Of a DNA stretch of 64,000 nt, positions 26,756-35,645 are shown one piece after another; the stretch's first letter is position 1, and the number at the start of each line of letters is the position of its first letter. The notes beneath the pieces are model-generated. The model was given only the letters and a program-made list of their open reading frames with translations, was not told the DNA's origin and did not search any database. The position numbers and the translations under genes are program-made. This DNA comes from Candidatus Uhrbacteria bacterium. GTDB lineage: Bacteria; Patescibacteriota; Patescibacteriia; UBA9934; GWF2-40-263. The stretch is from positions 2,373 through 66,372 of the forward strand of contig JACPHX010000002.1 in the NCBI GenBank assembly GCA_016188425.1. The letters are read 5' to 3'.

Positions 26756-28095
26756 TCTGTCCAGTTGGCGGCCATGATACTGAAATCAATGAGATCGATG
26801 ACGCCGTCATTGCTCAACGCATTCCCTTCAAACACCCGCGCAAACTCGGAAAGCGGTTTTTTGTACCAATAAGCGGCGATGGAGAAATCTTGCAAGTTCA
26901 CCAGACAATCTCCATTCAGATCCCCCCGCCTTGGACAAACCCGATGCGGCGGCTGCACGGATGTCTCACCGACCTCAAACGAAGCCGCGATCCCAAGCTG
27001 GCTTACCTGCCCATCCACATGCACCTGCGCGCGCGCCACATGCGCTCCAGCATCGAACCCTGCCAACGCAAGGGTATACGCGAACGCCCCGTTTGCATCC
27101 GAGTGCGTCGAAACCTGTTGCTCTGCAATGGAATCGATCACGATATCAACATCAGCGCTCGGAGCCGCGAAGCCGCTTAAGATAATGCTCCCGAAAGAGA
27201 GCTGGGTCAGGTAATTGCTCACCAGCGTCGGGGGAAGGATGATGCCAGACACGGTCGTGCTGGAATTCGCTGTGACCAATTTTGATCGTGTATATAAAGC
27301 AGAACGATGCGTCAGAGGATCGATGGCGTAGAGGGCAAAATCATACCACCCTCCCACAAACCCCAATGCCTCCACAGAAAAACGTCCGGACGCATCCGCT
27401 TTGGCAACCGAGAGCGGCAACGTGTCTTTCAACAAAAACACATCGACGCTTGGATACGCGACTCCCTCAAACTTGATAGACGTCTTGGACGTCGTACTCC
27501 CATCCGCTCCGCCCCCTCCCCCGCCGCCCCCACCTCCACCCCCGCCACCTCCTCCTGCGCCTACGGGTACCGCAAATACCTCTCCCGACCGCGAAAGGAT
27601 CTCCCCACCGACCACAGACTCAACGACAAAATAATACGTCGTTCCATTTACGAGACCCGCGCTTGAGTACAGAAGTACATTGCCGACATTGGTAAACGTG
27701 TAGGGTCCTCCGGAAACCAGCGAGCGGCCGACACGGTACGATTCGACAGTTCCATGCGTCCCCGCGCTCGCAGTCCACAGCAGATCCACTTGTGCATCCC
27801 CGGGAGTCGCGGTCACCACAGACTCCGTCGCAAACGGGAAATACTCATACCCGGATTTCAACCCAAAAGAAGCAGAATCGCTCGCTCCAGGAGCCGCCTC
27901 CCCCATGGCTCCCAACATCTGGAACGAAGCGGACGAAGAGGTGCCACCCGCCTCCGTCACCGCTGGCTTTTTCAATTCAAAAGAGGGAGAGGTGTAGATG
28001 GACGAGGCAGACGCAGGACGCATCGCAAACAGACCGGCGAGAAACACGAACGCCGATGTTCGAAGGATCCACCGATGAAAGGATGTCTGGCGCAT
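26752..28095 (-). CDS. Secreted FN3 / poly-Gly-linker / Ig-like protein with a C-terminal dockerin module
   Basis: Signal peptide, FN3 (LLWTASAGTHGTVESYRV...GTTYYFVV), an 18-Gly linker, C-terminal duplicated Ca-binding loops DLNGDCLVNLQD and SNDGVIDLID typical of type-I dockerin. Confidence 0.55.
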   Translation of the reverse strand: MRQTSFHRWILRTSAFVFLAGLFAMRPASASSIYTSPSFELKKPAVTEAGGTSSSASFQMLGAMGEAAPGASDSASFGLKSGYEYFPFATESVVTATPGDAQVDLLWTASAGTHGTVESYRVGRSLVSGGPYTFTNVGNVLLYSSAGLVNGTTYYFVVESVVGGEILSRSGEVFAVPVGAGGGGGGGGGGGGGGGGADGSTTSKTSIKFEGVAYPSVDVFLLKDTLPLSVAKADASGRFSVEALGFVGGWYDFALYAIDPLTHRSALYTRSKLVTANSSTTVSGIILPPTLVSNYLTQLSFGSIILSGFAAPSADVDIVIDSIAEQQVSTHSDANGAFAYTLALAGFDAGAHVARAQVHVDGQVSQLGIAASFEVGETSVQPPHRVCPRRGDLNGDCLVNLQDFSIAAYWYKKPLSEFARVFEGNALSNDGVIDLIDFSIMAANWTE

Positions 28096-28096
28096 G

Positions 28097-28540
28097 TCAG
28101 TAGGTCACATCTACCTCCGCTTCACGGATCACGAGCGCCGTAGTCGTGCTGTAAAGTATGGCCTTGTTCGCCTTGGGATAAATAATAACGCGATCCCCCT
28201 CCTTAGCTCCCACAAAAAACGGCTTGCCATCAAGGGGAGCCAGGTCGCGGATGGTGGCAACGGTCGGCTCCTCATCGTCTGGTAACGCCGTCTGATTTCC
28301 CACGGTCTCTAACAGCCGCCGGATCGATTCCTGTTTTTCTATATACGAATCGCGCCGTGCTTCCGCCTGGTTGCTGGAGGCCTTTGTAAGACTAAGCTTG
28401 TAGGCAACAAACCATCCGCCACCGATCAAGGCGAACATAAGCAGAGGCCCCAACACGAACAGAACCGGGTGATGTTGTGCCGCGGTTAGTTCTGGCGGAG
28501 GCAGGCCAGAAGGAGGATACCGTTGGATCGGAGTGGGCAT
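28097..28540 (-). CDS. Hypothetical single-pass membrane protein
   Basis: 147 aa, one TM helix (VLFVLGPLLMFALIGGGWFVAY), tightly packed in the operon. Confidence 0.4.
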   Translation of the reverse strand: MPTPIQRYPPSGLPPPELTAAQHHPVLFVLGPLLMFALIGGGWFVAYKLSLTKASSNQAEARRDSYIEKQESIRRLLETVGNQTALPDDEEPTVATIRDLAPLDGKPFFVGAKEGDRVIIYPKANKAILYSTTTALVIREAEVDVTY

Positions 28541-28549
28541 ACAAACAGG

Positions 28550-31500
28550 TTACGGCGCCACGAGCTCTGCCGGAGCTTCTTCCGGCGCCGGCGCTTCAGG
28601 GGCTGGGGTAGGCGGCGCCTCAATCACGGGAACCGCAACAGGCACGTCCTCGACGACAGGTACCACCTCGGCGGCATCGTCTGTCGTGGCTGCATCTGGA
28701 GCGGGTTCAATTGGGGTCGGTTCTTCTTGGGCAGGATCCTGCTCCGCGCTGCTACTCCCCGGCTCTTCCGAAGGGGGGACCTCTGCCTCATCTTCTGAAG
28801 ACAAAGGTTCTTCAAATCCAGATGTTTCCGCCTCTGCAGGAACCGATTCTGCCTCCGGCTCCGTCCTGTGGACAGGGTCAGCTTCCGCCGAAGGCGCCCT
28901 TCCGTTGGTGATCCCGTTGTTGCGGCTGATGTTTCCATCCTTCACTGCAAGGGCGATCCAGCTGAAATTCAATTCCTGCGGAGCATCGACGTCGATGCTG
29001 ATATTGAACCCAAGCTTGGATTTGTTCGTGACGATATAGCGCAGACCGGAGCCAAAGATACTATCCATGCCCATGTCGCCGGATTCAAGCGAGAGGGTGA
29101 TGTTCACCGAAGGATCGTGGAGATAGGGCTCGGCAAAATCTACACGCACCGAACGCTGGCCTTGCGCGACCGCCGCGAACCCTGCCGTGTCTATATTGGC
29201 GGCGGCTTTACCGAACAACAAATCGCCATACACAATCGTTTCGGGGCTTGTGGCAGAACCGACCTGATCGAGCTCAAGCCCGCCGCCTAAGAGCAAGGAA
29301 CCGGAGACGACGAGCGATCCTTCCGCTTCTGTCGCGGACGAAACCAATGCTGATGTTCCACCCCATGGCGCGCTCGCCGAGAGGAACAACACCACGTTTC
29401 CTTCTCCTTCCCCGTCATATTCACTCATCGCGCGGCCGATAATCGGGGATCCTACTCCCGCCTTCACCGCGACGCCGTTCTTCCCAGAGGAGGTCAGATA
29501 ATCTCCTACATGGATGATGCCGTTCGCGGCAGAAGCGCGGACGGACACGCGCCCCGTGATCGCGACGCGAACTCCGTCAAATGTACCGTTACTAACCTCC
29601 ACGCCGGACGTTTTTGTAACGACGCCCACCATGAGGTCATCGGCGGCGAGTTTTGAAGGCTCGACTTTGGGGCCTTCTCCCGTCAAAGAGACGATCGTTC
29701 CCTCGGGGATTTCGGTGTTATCCGACGGGAACATCTGTGTCATGGCGCTCCCGGTGGAAAAATCCGCCGTCACTTTCTTGAGTTCCCAAGATTCTTTCAT
29801 GCCGTCGATGCCCAAATCCGTCTGGGCGGGGGTCAGGTCTTCCGCATCGGCGGGAGCCCCCTCTGGCGTCGCGGCATCGGCAACGGCCGCCTCGGGGGTC
29901 TGTTCATTGTCATCCTGCCACGCGCGGAAAAAATCGACGTCCATGGAGCCGCTCGCGCCGCCCGAGCGAGACTGCCAGTGGAACATCGGCGCCAAGCTTA
30001 TGGTCGGGATATTCGTCGAGCTGCCACCGTCGCACTCGGTGAAAGCCACCCCGTCGCTCACATCCGGATCGATAAAGAAATGGACATCGGAGGTGGAGCG
30101 GACTTCAACCATCATCAATGCGTACTGGGAAGTGGAAACGGTTTGTCCCGCGCACGCGACCGTCGTCTGCGTCCCGCCGGAAATGGTCACGCCGGCCCAT
30201 GTCGTCGACCCTTCCGTAGAAAAGCCGATGAAGTTCGTCGGAGCCGCCGTTAATCCGTCCGTCGAATCCGCCATGCCGGCATAGGCATAGAAATTCGCCC
30301 CCGTATTGTTCGGACGAAGCTTCATGAGCATGACGGGCAGGTTGTCTGCGTCCAAAACGGAACGCGCGTTGTTGAGCGCATCGTCCATCATCAACAGACA
30401 TCCGTTGCCTGAACCCGTGTTTGCTATGTTCACAATCCCGTTGATCGCATCATTGGTTGAAGTAAAGGTGCAGTTGGCATTCTCGTACGCCCCCCATCCG
30501 CCGCCGTCCCCGAGACCTGTTCCGGAAGCGCCGGTCGTATCTACCGTGATCGTTGTGCGCTTTTTTGAAAATTCCTCCTCGATTTTGGAGTTCCGATCGA
30601 TAAATGCGCCGGCGTTCATGGCCAACCCGAAATTCGTGTTGATATCCCGCGCCTGCAGCAGGTTATTCGTGCCATCGCTCCAAGCAAGCAGCCCGGCATC
30701 GACGAATTGCCAGGTGGGCGTCGAGCTGCGGAAACGAATACCGTCGCCGAACTGCGCCTGGCCGATCACTTCCAGTTCATCCGCCACGCGCAGGTCGCCT
30801 GCCCCACCGGACGCATAGCTGAACGCGGAATCGGATCCGACAATCACAGCAGCCGTGTTGTAGAACAGTCCGTTGGCGCCCACGGACCAGGCTGAACCCG
30901 TGATATCGCTTGTAAAGGCGACCGTTCCGGACCCATCCTTGAACGTAATCGTGCGGTCCGCCGTCGGCTCGATGAACGCGAACGTCGTCTCGTTGGCGTC
31001 TGCGACGGCGCCTTCAAACGTAAGCGGCGTCGTACCGCCGCCGATCGTGGCCGTAATCGTAAAAATATCGGACGCGGCATTCCCGATCGCGGTATTTCCG
31101 TTCACCGTAAGATCGCCTGCCGTGAGGACATCGCCCGTTGTTCCGGAGACGGTAAAGTTGGACGTATCGACCGCCATGCCGCCATCCAAGTTTACAAGCG
31201 CGGCGGTAGTCGCTCCGCGCCCGGTCACGGAGGCGAGCGTGGATGTATTGTTCACCGTGACGGTGTCTGTCGCGGAGGTCACGACGTTGATATCCGTTCC
31301 ATCGACGAATGTCATCGTGTCGCCATTGCTGATGGTCTGCGGAGTCGTGCCATCGGTGATGGTGAATGCGACGCCTCCGGAGGTGAGACAGGTGGCGCAG
31401 CCGATGTCGCCTGCCGCGCTTAAAGTAACCGGGGACGTTGCGGACACCGCCACGGTACCAGAGGCATTGGGGAACGTGATGGTTCGATCGGCCGTGGGAT

Positions 31501-31843
31501 CCGCGACCGCAAACGTGGTTTCAAACGCATCTACCGTCGCCCCCTCAAAGACAAGCGGTGAGCCGCCAAGCACGGTCGCATTGAACGTGACGGTATCTGC
31601 TGCATCGGAACCGATGTAGGCATTTCCAATAACTTCGATCTCATCTGCCACGCGTAAATCACCAATGCCACCGGAGGCGAAGCTGAACGCAACATCGGTG
31701 CCGACGATCACCGCCTTGTCATCTTCAAAGACGCCCATCGCGCCATCTTCCCAAAGATTCGTTCCGATGTCGGAAATCCGCAAAGGCGAACGTCGATTCA
31801 AAGGCATCAACCGTTCCCCCTTCAAAGACAAGTGGGGATGCAC
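28550..31843 (-). CDS. Giant beta-strand-repeat surface protein, distal fragment (modules plus an acidic Pro/Glu-rich tail)
   Basis: Repeated modules SPLVFEGATxDAFETTFAxxDPTADRTITFxxASGTVA. The N-terminal 119 nt overlap the upstream ORF in another frame. Confidence 0.55.
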   Translation of the reverse strand: MHPHLSLKGERLMPLNRRSPLRISDIGTNLWEDGAMGVFEDDKAVIVGTDVAFSFASGGIGDLRVADEIEVIGNAYIGSDAADTVTFNATVLGGSPLVFEGATVDAFETTFAVADPTADRTITFPNASGTVAVSATSPVTLSAAGDIGCATCLTSGGVAFTITDGTTPQTISNGDTMTFVDGTDINVVTSATDTVTVNNTSTLASVTGRGATTAALVNLDGGMAVDTSNFTVSGTTGDVLTAGDLTVNGNTAIGNAASDIFTITATIGGGTTPLTFEGAVADANETTFAFIEPTADRTITFKDGSGTVAFTSDITGSAWSVGANGLFYNTAAVIVGSDSAFSYASGGAGDLRVADELEVIGQAQFGDGIRFRSSTPTWQFVDAGLLAWSDGTNNLLQARDINTNFGLAMNAGAFIDRNSKIEEEFSKKRTTITVDTTGASGTGLGDGGGWGAYENANCTFTSTNDAINGIVNIANTGSGNGCLLMMDDALNNARSVLDADNLPVMLMKLRPNNTGANFYAYAGMADSTDGLTAAPTNFIGFSTEGSTTWAGVTISGGTQTTVACAGQTVSTSQYALMMVEVRSTSDVHFFIDPDVSDGVAFTECDGGSSTNIPTISLAPMFHWQSRSGGASGSMDVDFFRAWQDDNEQTPEAAVADAATPEGAPADAEDLTPAQTDLGIDGMKESWELKKVTADFSTGSAMTQMFPSDNTEIPEGTIVSLTGEGPKVEPSKLAADDLMVGVVTKTSGVEVSNGTFDGVRVAITGRVSVRASAANGIIHVGDYLTSSGKNGVAVKAGVGSPIIGRAMSEYDGEGEGNVVLFLSASAPWGGTSALVSSATEAEGSLVVSGSLLLGGGLELDQVGSATSPETIVYGDLLFGKAAANIDTAGFAAVAQGQRSVRVDFAEPYLHDPSVNITLSLESGDMGMDSIFGSGLRYIVTNKSKLGFNISIDVDAPQELNFSWIALAVKDGNISRNNGITNGRAPSAEADPVHRTEPEAESVPAEAETSGFEEPLSSEDEAEVPPSEEPGSSSAEQDPAQEEPTPIEPAPDAATTDDAAEVVPVVEDVPVAVPVIEAPPTPAPEAPAPEEAPAELVAP
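31636..31775. repeat. 140-nt identical block of a ~600-nt tandem gene-internal repeat; partner at 32236-32375
   Basis: Exact 140/140 identity at a 600-nt offset, flanked by ~90%-identical sequence. Confidence 0.85.
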
Positions 31844-33713
31844 CTAAATAGACCGCTCCGGTGAAGTCGTAGTTCCCAGTTCCCGTGTCTCCCGTGTTAA
31901 AGAGGAACACATCGTTGACGTTGACCGAGTCCCCGCTGACCGTGGTATTCGTTCCGTTGGAAAGATTAGTGTCATCCGATATATCCACCGATCCATTCGC
32001 AATCATCGTTCCGGTCACGGAACCGGCATCTCCTGTCGTCACAACCGTGCCGGTGACGTCCGGGACTGTAATGACGCGATCTGCCGTCGGATCGGTGATG
32101 GCGAGTGTTGTCTCGAACGCATTCGCCGTGGCTCCTTCAAAGACAAACGGGGAGCCGCCCAGGATGGTTGCATTCAATGTGACGGTATCCGCCGCATCGG
32201 ATCCGATGTACGCATTGCCAATGACCTCGATCTCATCTGCCACGCGTAAATCACCAATGCCACCGGAGGCGAAGCTGAACGCAACATCGGTGCCGACGAT
32301 CACCGCCTTGTCATCTTCAAAGACGCCCATCGCGCCATCTTCCCAAAGATTCGTTCCGATGTCGGAAGTCGGATCCGCGAACGCGAACGTCGATTCGAAA
32401 GCGTCAACGGTTCCTCCTTCAAAGACGAGCGGGGACGCGCCTTGCAGCACCGCTCCCGTGAAGTCATAATCCCCCGTTCCCGTATCACCTGTGTTCATCA
32501 AGAACACGTCGTTCACATCAATCGAATCCCCGTTGACGGTGGTATTCGTCCCGTTGGAAAGATTCGTGTCATTCGAGATATCCACCGACCCGTTGGCGAT
32601 CATCGCCCCTGTGACGGAACCCGTGTCACCTGTGGTCACGACGGTGCCGGTGACGTCTGGGAAGGTAATCGTCTGATCCGCAGTAGGATCCACGAGAGCC
32701 AGAGTCAACTCAAACGTATCCGCCGTGGCGCCTTCCAAAACCCAAGGAGCTGCGCCGAAAAAAACAGCGCCGGAAAAATCATAGTTCCCCGTCGCGACAT
32801 CGCCTGTGTTGAAAAGATAACTGTCGGCGATATCAAGCGTGACCGTATCGGTAATGCTGTCCCCTGTAACAGTGATGTTTGCTGATCCAGCAGAGAGGGA
32901 AAGCGTGTCCGTCGCCGAATCAGCGACTGGGGCCGTTCCAGACGTGGTCGCGATCGTCTCAAAAAGATTCTGCGAACCAGCAATATCGGAAAGGAAGGCG
33001 ACGGTTCCGCTCGCATCCTGAAAGGTGATCGTCCGATCCGCGGTCGGATCCGTCATGGCGAACGTCGTCTCGAACGCATCTGCCGTCGCACCCTCAAAGA
33101 CGAGCGGCGACCCGGTCTGCAAAGACGCGCCGGAAAAATCAAAATCCCCCGTGGCGGTATCGCCCGCACTGGCAAGGAAATCCGCCGCTCCCATCCCTTC
33201 CAGGGTCCCGGCGTTTATCGCGTAGCCAGACGAACGGATCCTCTGGCGTGGAGAGAGGTTTTCAAACACAGCCAAGGCACAGGAACCCGCTACCTGATCC
33301 CCGACCTCCACGTTGAGATAGGCCTCGTCAGTGGATTGGAAATTGAAATCCAGAAGATCCCCGCCTGCGCCCACATCGCCGATACCCGCGGTAAAGACGC
33401 CCTCTGTCACTTCGATGGTCATGGTCGAGGGCGCGCCAGCCGGCCACAGCTGCGCATCCCCCCCTCCGACCGTTTCATCATCAAAAAACGAAAATTTGAA
33501 ACAGTAATCCGTTCCGCTGGAGCCACCCAATAAATTCCCAGAACCATCCAATAGTCTTCCTTGATAGGTTACTTCTTCCGGAACGCCAACCGCCGCGCGC
33601 GCAGCGAATGCTGGAATGAAATACGACAAAAACACGACAAGCAAGGCCGTGGTAGTGATTTTAAAAATTCCCTTTTGTCTTCGGTGCATGAGTGCCTCCA
33701 CAAAATGGAACAC
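31725..33713 (-). CDS. Giant beta-strand-repeat surface protein, proximal fragment with signal peptide
   Basis: Signal peptide (KITTTALLVVFLSYFIPAFAARAA), same module family. Ends in an out-of-frame tail (FRHRNESLGRWRDGRL) where a paralogous repeat reads PTSDIGTNLWEDG. Confidence 0.55.
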   Translation of the reverse strand: MFHFVEALMHRRQKGIFKITTTALLVVFLSYFIPAFAARAAVGVPEEVTYQGRLLDGSGNLLGGSSGTDYCFKFSFFDDETVGGGDAQLWPAGAPSTMTIEVTEGVFTAGIGDVGAGGDLLDFNFQSTDEAYLNVEVGDQVAGSCALAVFENLSPRQRIRSSGYAINAGTLEGMGAADFLASAGDTATGDFDFSGASLQTGSPLVFEGATADAFETTFAMTDPTADRTITFQDASGTVAFLSDIAGSQNLFETIATTSGTAPVADSATDTLSLSAGSANITVTGDSITDTVTLDIADSYLFNTGDVATGNYDFSGAVFFGAAPWVLEGATADTFELTLALVDPTADQTITFPDVTGTVVTTGDTGSVTGAMIANGSVDISNDTNLSNGTNTTVNGDSIDVNDVFLMNTGDTGTGDYDFTGAVLQGASPLVFEGGTVDAFESTFAFADPTSDIGTNLWEDGAMGVFEDDKAVIVGTDVAFSFASGGIGDLRVADEIEVIGNAYIGSDAADTVTLNATILGGSPFVFEGATANAFETTLAITDPTADRVITVPDVTGTVVTTGDAGSVTGTMIANGSVDISDDTNLSNGTNTTVSGDSVNVNDVFLFNTGDTGTGNYDFTGAVYLGASPLVFEGGTVDAFESTFAFADFRHRNESLGRWRDGRL

Positions 33714-33810
33714 GGCAGAACAAGCGTCTGCTTCCGTTACAGAGAAAGTATATCACACAATTTTTTTCTCTCCCACAAAATGAAAAATCGATCACAAGAT
33801 CGATTTTTCA

Positions 33811-33888
33811 TGGTGCGGGCAGAGGGAGTCGAACCCCCAACCCTCAGCTTCGAAGGCTGATGCTCTATCCAGTTGAGCTATGCCCGCC
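33811..33888 (-). tRNA. tRNA-Arg (anticodon TCG), CCA encoded
   Basis: Reverse complement GGCGGGC-ATA-GCTC-AACTGGATA-GAGC-A-TCAGC-CTTCGAA-GCTGA-GGGTT-GGGGG-TTCGACT-CCCTC-TGCCCGC-A-CCA. Confidence 0.8.
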
Positions 33889-33889
33889 T

Positions 33890-34135
33890 ATGGCTGGAGG
33901 CCCTAGAATCGCGATCTGCTGGCTTACGTCTCCGCGCCAGGCCTCAACGTACCATTGAGGTACGCCTCGGCCTGGTGCTCGCCGTGCGCCAGCATCTCAT
34001 CGATTCTAGAGCCTCCAGCCCGATGTGTTCGTGTGAATAATGGCCTAGATCCATAACGGCCGGAGCGCCTAGAATCGCGATCTGTGGCTTGCGCCGACAT
34101 TTCAATGATTCTAGGCATCCCGGCCTTTTGTTTGT
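33890..34135. repeat. Two inverted-repeat-bounded elements sharing a CCTAGAATCGCGATCTG core, between tRNA-Arg and tRNA-Lys
   Basis: GGCTGGAGGCCCTAGAATCG...CGATTCTAGAGCCTCCAGCC (33891-34019) and GGCCGGAGCGCCTAGAATC...GATTCTAGGCATCCCGGCC (34057-34135). Confidence 0.5.
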
Positions 34136-34197
34136 GGCCGAACTTTAGCAACTTTCTTGACGATGCGCAAGAATATTGGCATTCTTTTCGCACCTAG

Positions 34198-34273
34198 GCA
34201 CTGGTAGCTCAGCTGGTAGAGCAGCGGACTCTTAATCCGTTGGTCGCGGGTTCGAATCCCGCCCGGTGCACCA
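34198..34273 (+). tRNA. tRNA-Lys (anticodon CTT), CCA encoded
   Basis: GCACTGG-TA-GCTC-AGCTGGTA-GAGC-A-GCGGA-CTCTTAA-TCCGT-TGGTC-GCGGG-TTCGAAT-CCCGC-CCGGTGC-A-CCA. Confidence 0.85.
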
Positions 34274-34610
34274 GCATAAAGCCATCAACTTGAGTAGCTG
34301 CAGAATCGGCAGAGGTCTGCCGGCCCCTGTGGATAATCTAGTTGGTGGCTTTTTGTTTGCAGATTTGATGGGTTACTTGCTTTCTCTCTATAAAAAGAGG
34401 GAGGATGGGACGGTTCGAATCCTCATTGCCTCAAACTGTCATTGTGTATGCCACTCGAACCTAAACCGAATTCACGCGTTTCAATCACAAGCCTTAAATC
34501 GAGCCATATCAAACGCATCCGCGCAGCCATTGAGAAGGAATCTGGCCAGCTGCTCGATCTTACCGATACGGAACTGGAGGTGTATGCGGTGGAGATTTTG
34601 AGAGCGATGG

Positions 34611-34928
34611 ATGTTGTATATTTATGAAACAATGACTCCCCATTCTATGAATGTAGATCATGTTATTCTACTTATTTCGTTAGGAATACCTGCTTGTTTG
34701 ATTGCATTCTGTTGGTGCGTTTTACTTTTTACGATGCGTAGGACTACTGGTGAATTGAGACTATTTCTTTCCGCGGAAAATCTGGTTAAAGGCATGGTTG
34801 TTATATTTGTCTTACTAACTACAACTGCCCTGAGTATTCTGGGCATACTCTCGGGCGAGTTAGCTGGTACTATTATTGGTGGCATTATTGGATATACTCT
34901 TGGAACTAAGTTTTCTGTGGAAAAATAG
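34611..34928 (+). CDS. Island small membrane protein (2-3 TM)
   Basis: AT-rich ORF with hydrophobic helices (ILLISLGIPACLIAFCWCVLLF; VVIFVLLTTTALSILGIL). Confidence 0.4.
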   Translation: MLYIYETMTPHSMNVDHVILLISLGIPACLIAFCWCVLLFTMRRTTGELRLFLSAENLVKGMVVIFVLLTTTALSILGILSGELAGTIIGGIIGYTLGTKFSVEK

Positions 34929-34932
34929 TAGT

Positions 34933-35151
34933 ATGAAAATTTTGCTCAGTATGTTGGTGGCGGTCGGATTCGTTGTGGGAATAATCATTGGCGGTTCTCT
35001 AAAAGGTAAGGAGAACTCGGATTGTTATAAGTTTTCTCTGCTCCAAGCCGTGTCCCAGGTTGATCAAGGTGGTTATATTGCTGATGTGCAGGCTCGACAA
35101 AAGGCACAAGATGAAGCGTTGGTTCCGTTACTCACGACTTGCCTCCAATGA
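34933..35151 (+). CDS. Island small single-TM protein
   Basis: MKILLSMLVAVGFVVGIIIGGSL... 72 aa; the ATG was checked. Confidence 0.35.
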   Translation: MKILLSMLVAVGFVVGIIIGGSLKGKENSDCYKFSLLQAVSQVDQGGYIADVQARQKAQDEALVPLLTTCLQ

Positions 35152-35226
35152 TAAGATACATGTTTCAATGCCACTCCTTTCGTGTTGATTGATGTTGCAA
35201 TTTATCGTACGCTGGAAAAAAGACTT

Positions 35227-35415
35227 ATGGATCTCAAACAACAGTTTTTGAAGGTGTATTCAACGCTTCCTTTAGGCATACGTAAAGAGATCGTGATTGT
35301 TTTAGATGCGCCGGTGGGACCGGTCAGTTGGGAGGCGGCATACCTCGAAGTTGAAAACCGTACCGCTGTTTCCGAAGTGATTCTAACGAAGCTTCACGAG
35401 CTTCAAATCATATGA
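35227..35415 (+). CDS. Island small protein A (62 aa from the ATG; alternative GTG start at 35182)
   Basis: First gene of a coupled triplet; its stop overlaps the next start (ATGA). Confidence 0.4.
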   Translation: MDLKQQFLKVYSTLPLGIRKEIVIVLDAPVGPVSWEAAYLEVENRTAVSEVILTKLHELQII

Positions 35416-35645
35416 CCGACAATCAAAAAATCGATACACGGTACTCGGATGAAGAAATCCGTAAGTTGGTCGTGGCGCGACTCTCCGTGCTTTCTTCAGA
35501 TATGCAGATTTCGATTGGCTCCTCTGGTACCTTTACGCGTGACGAGCTCATTGGGCACGTGAACGCAAACGATGATCTTGGACGGAAGATCGAAGAGATC
35601 GAACTCGAGTGGTTGCGCTCGTGGAAAGATAAGGCACACGTATGA
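35412..35645 (+). CDS. Island small protein B (77 aa)
   Basis: ATGA overlaps on both sides. No recognised family. Confidence 0.45.
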   Translation: MTDNQKIDTRYSDEEIRKLVVARLSVLSSDMQISIGSSGTFTRDELIGHVNANDDLGRKIEEIELEWLRSWKDKAHV

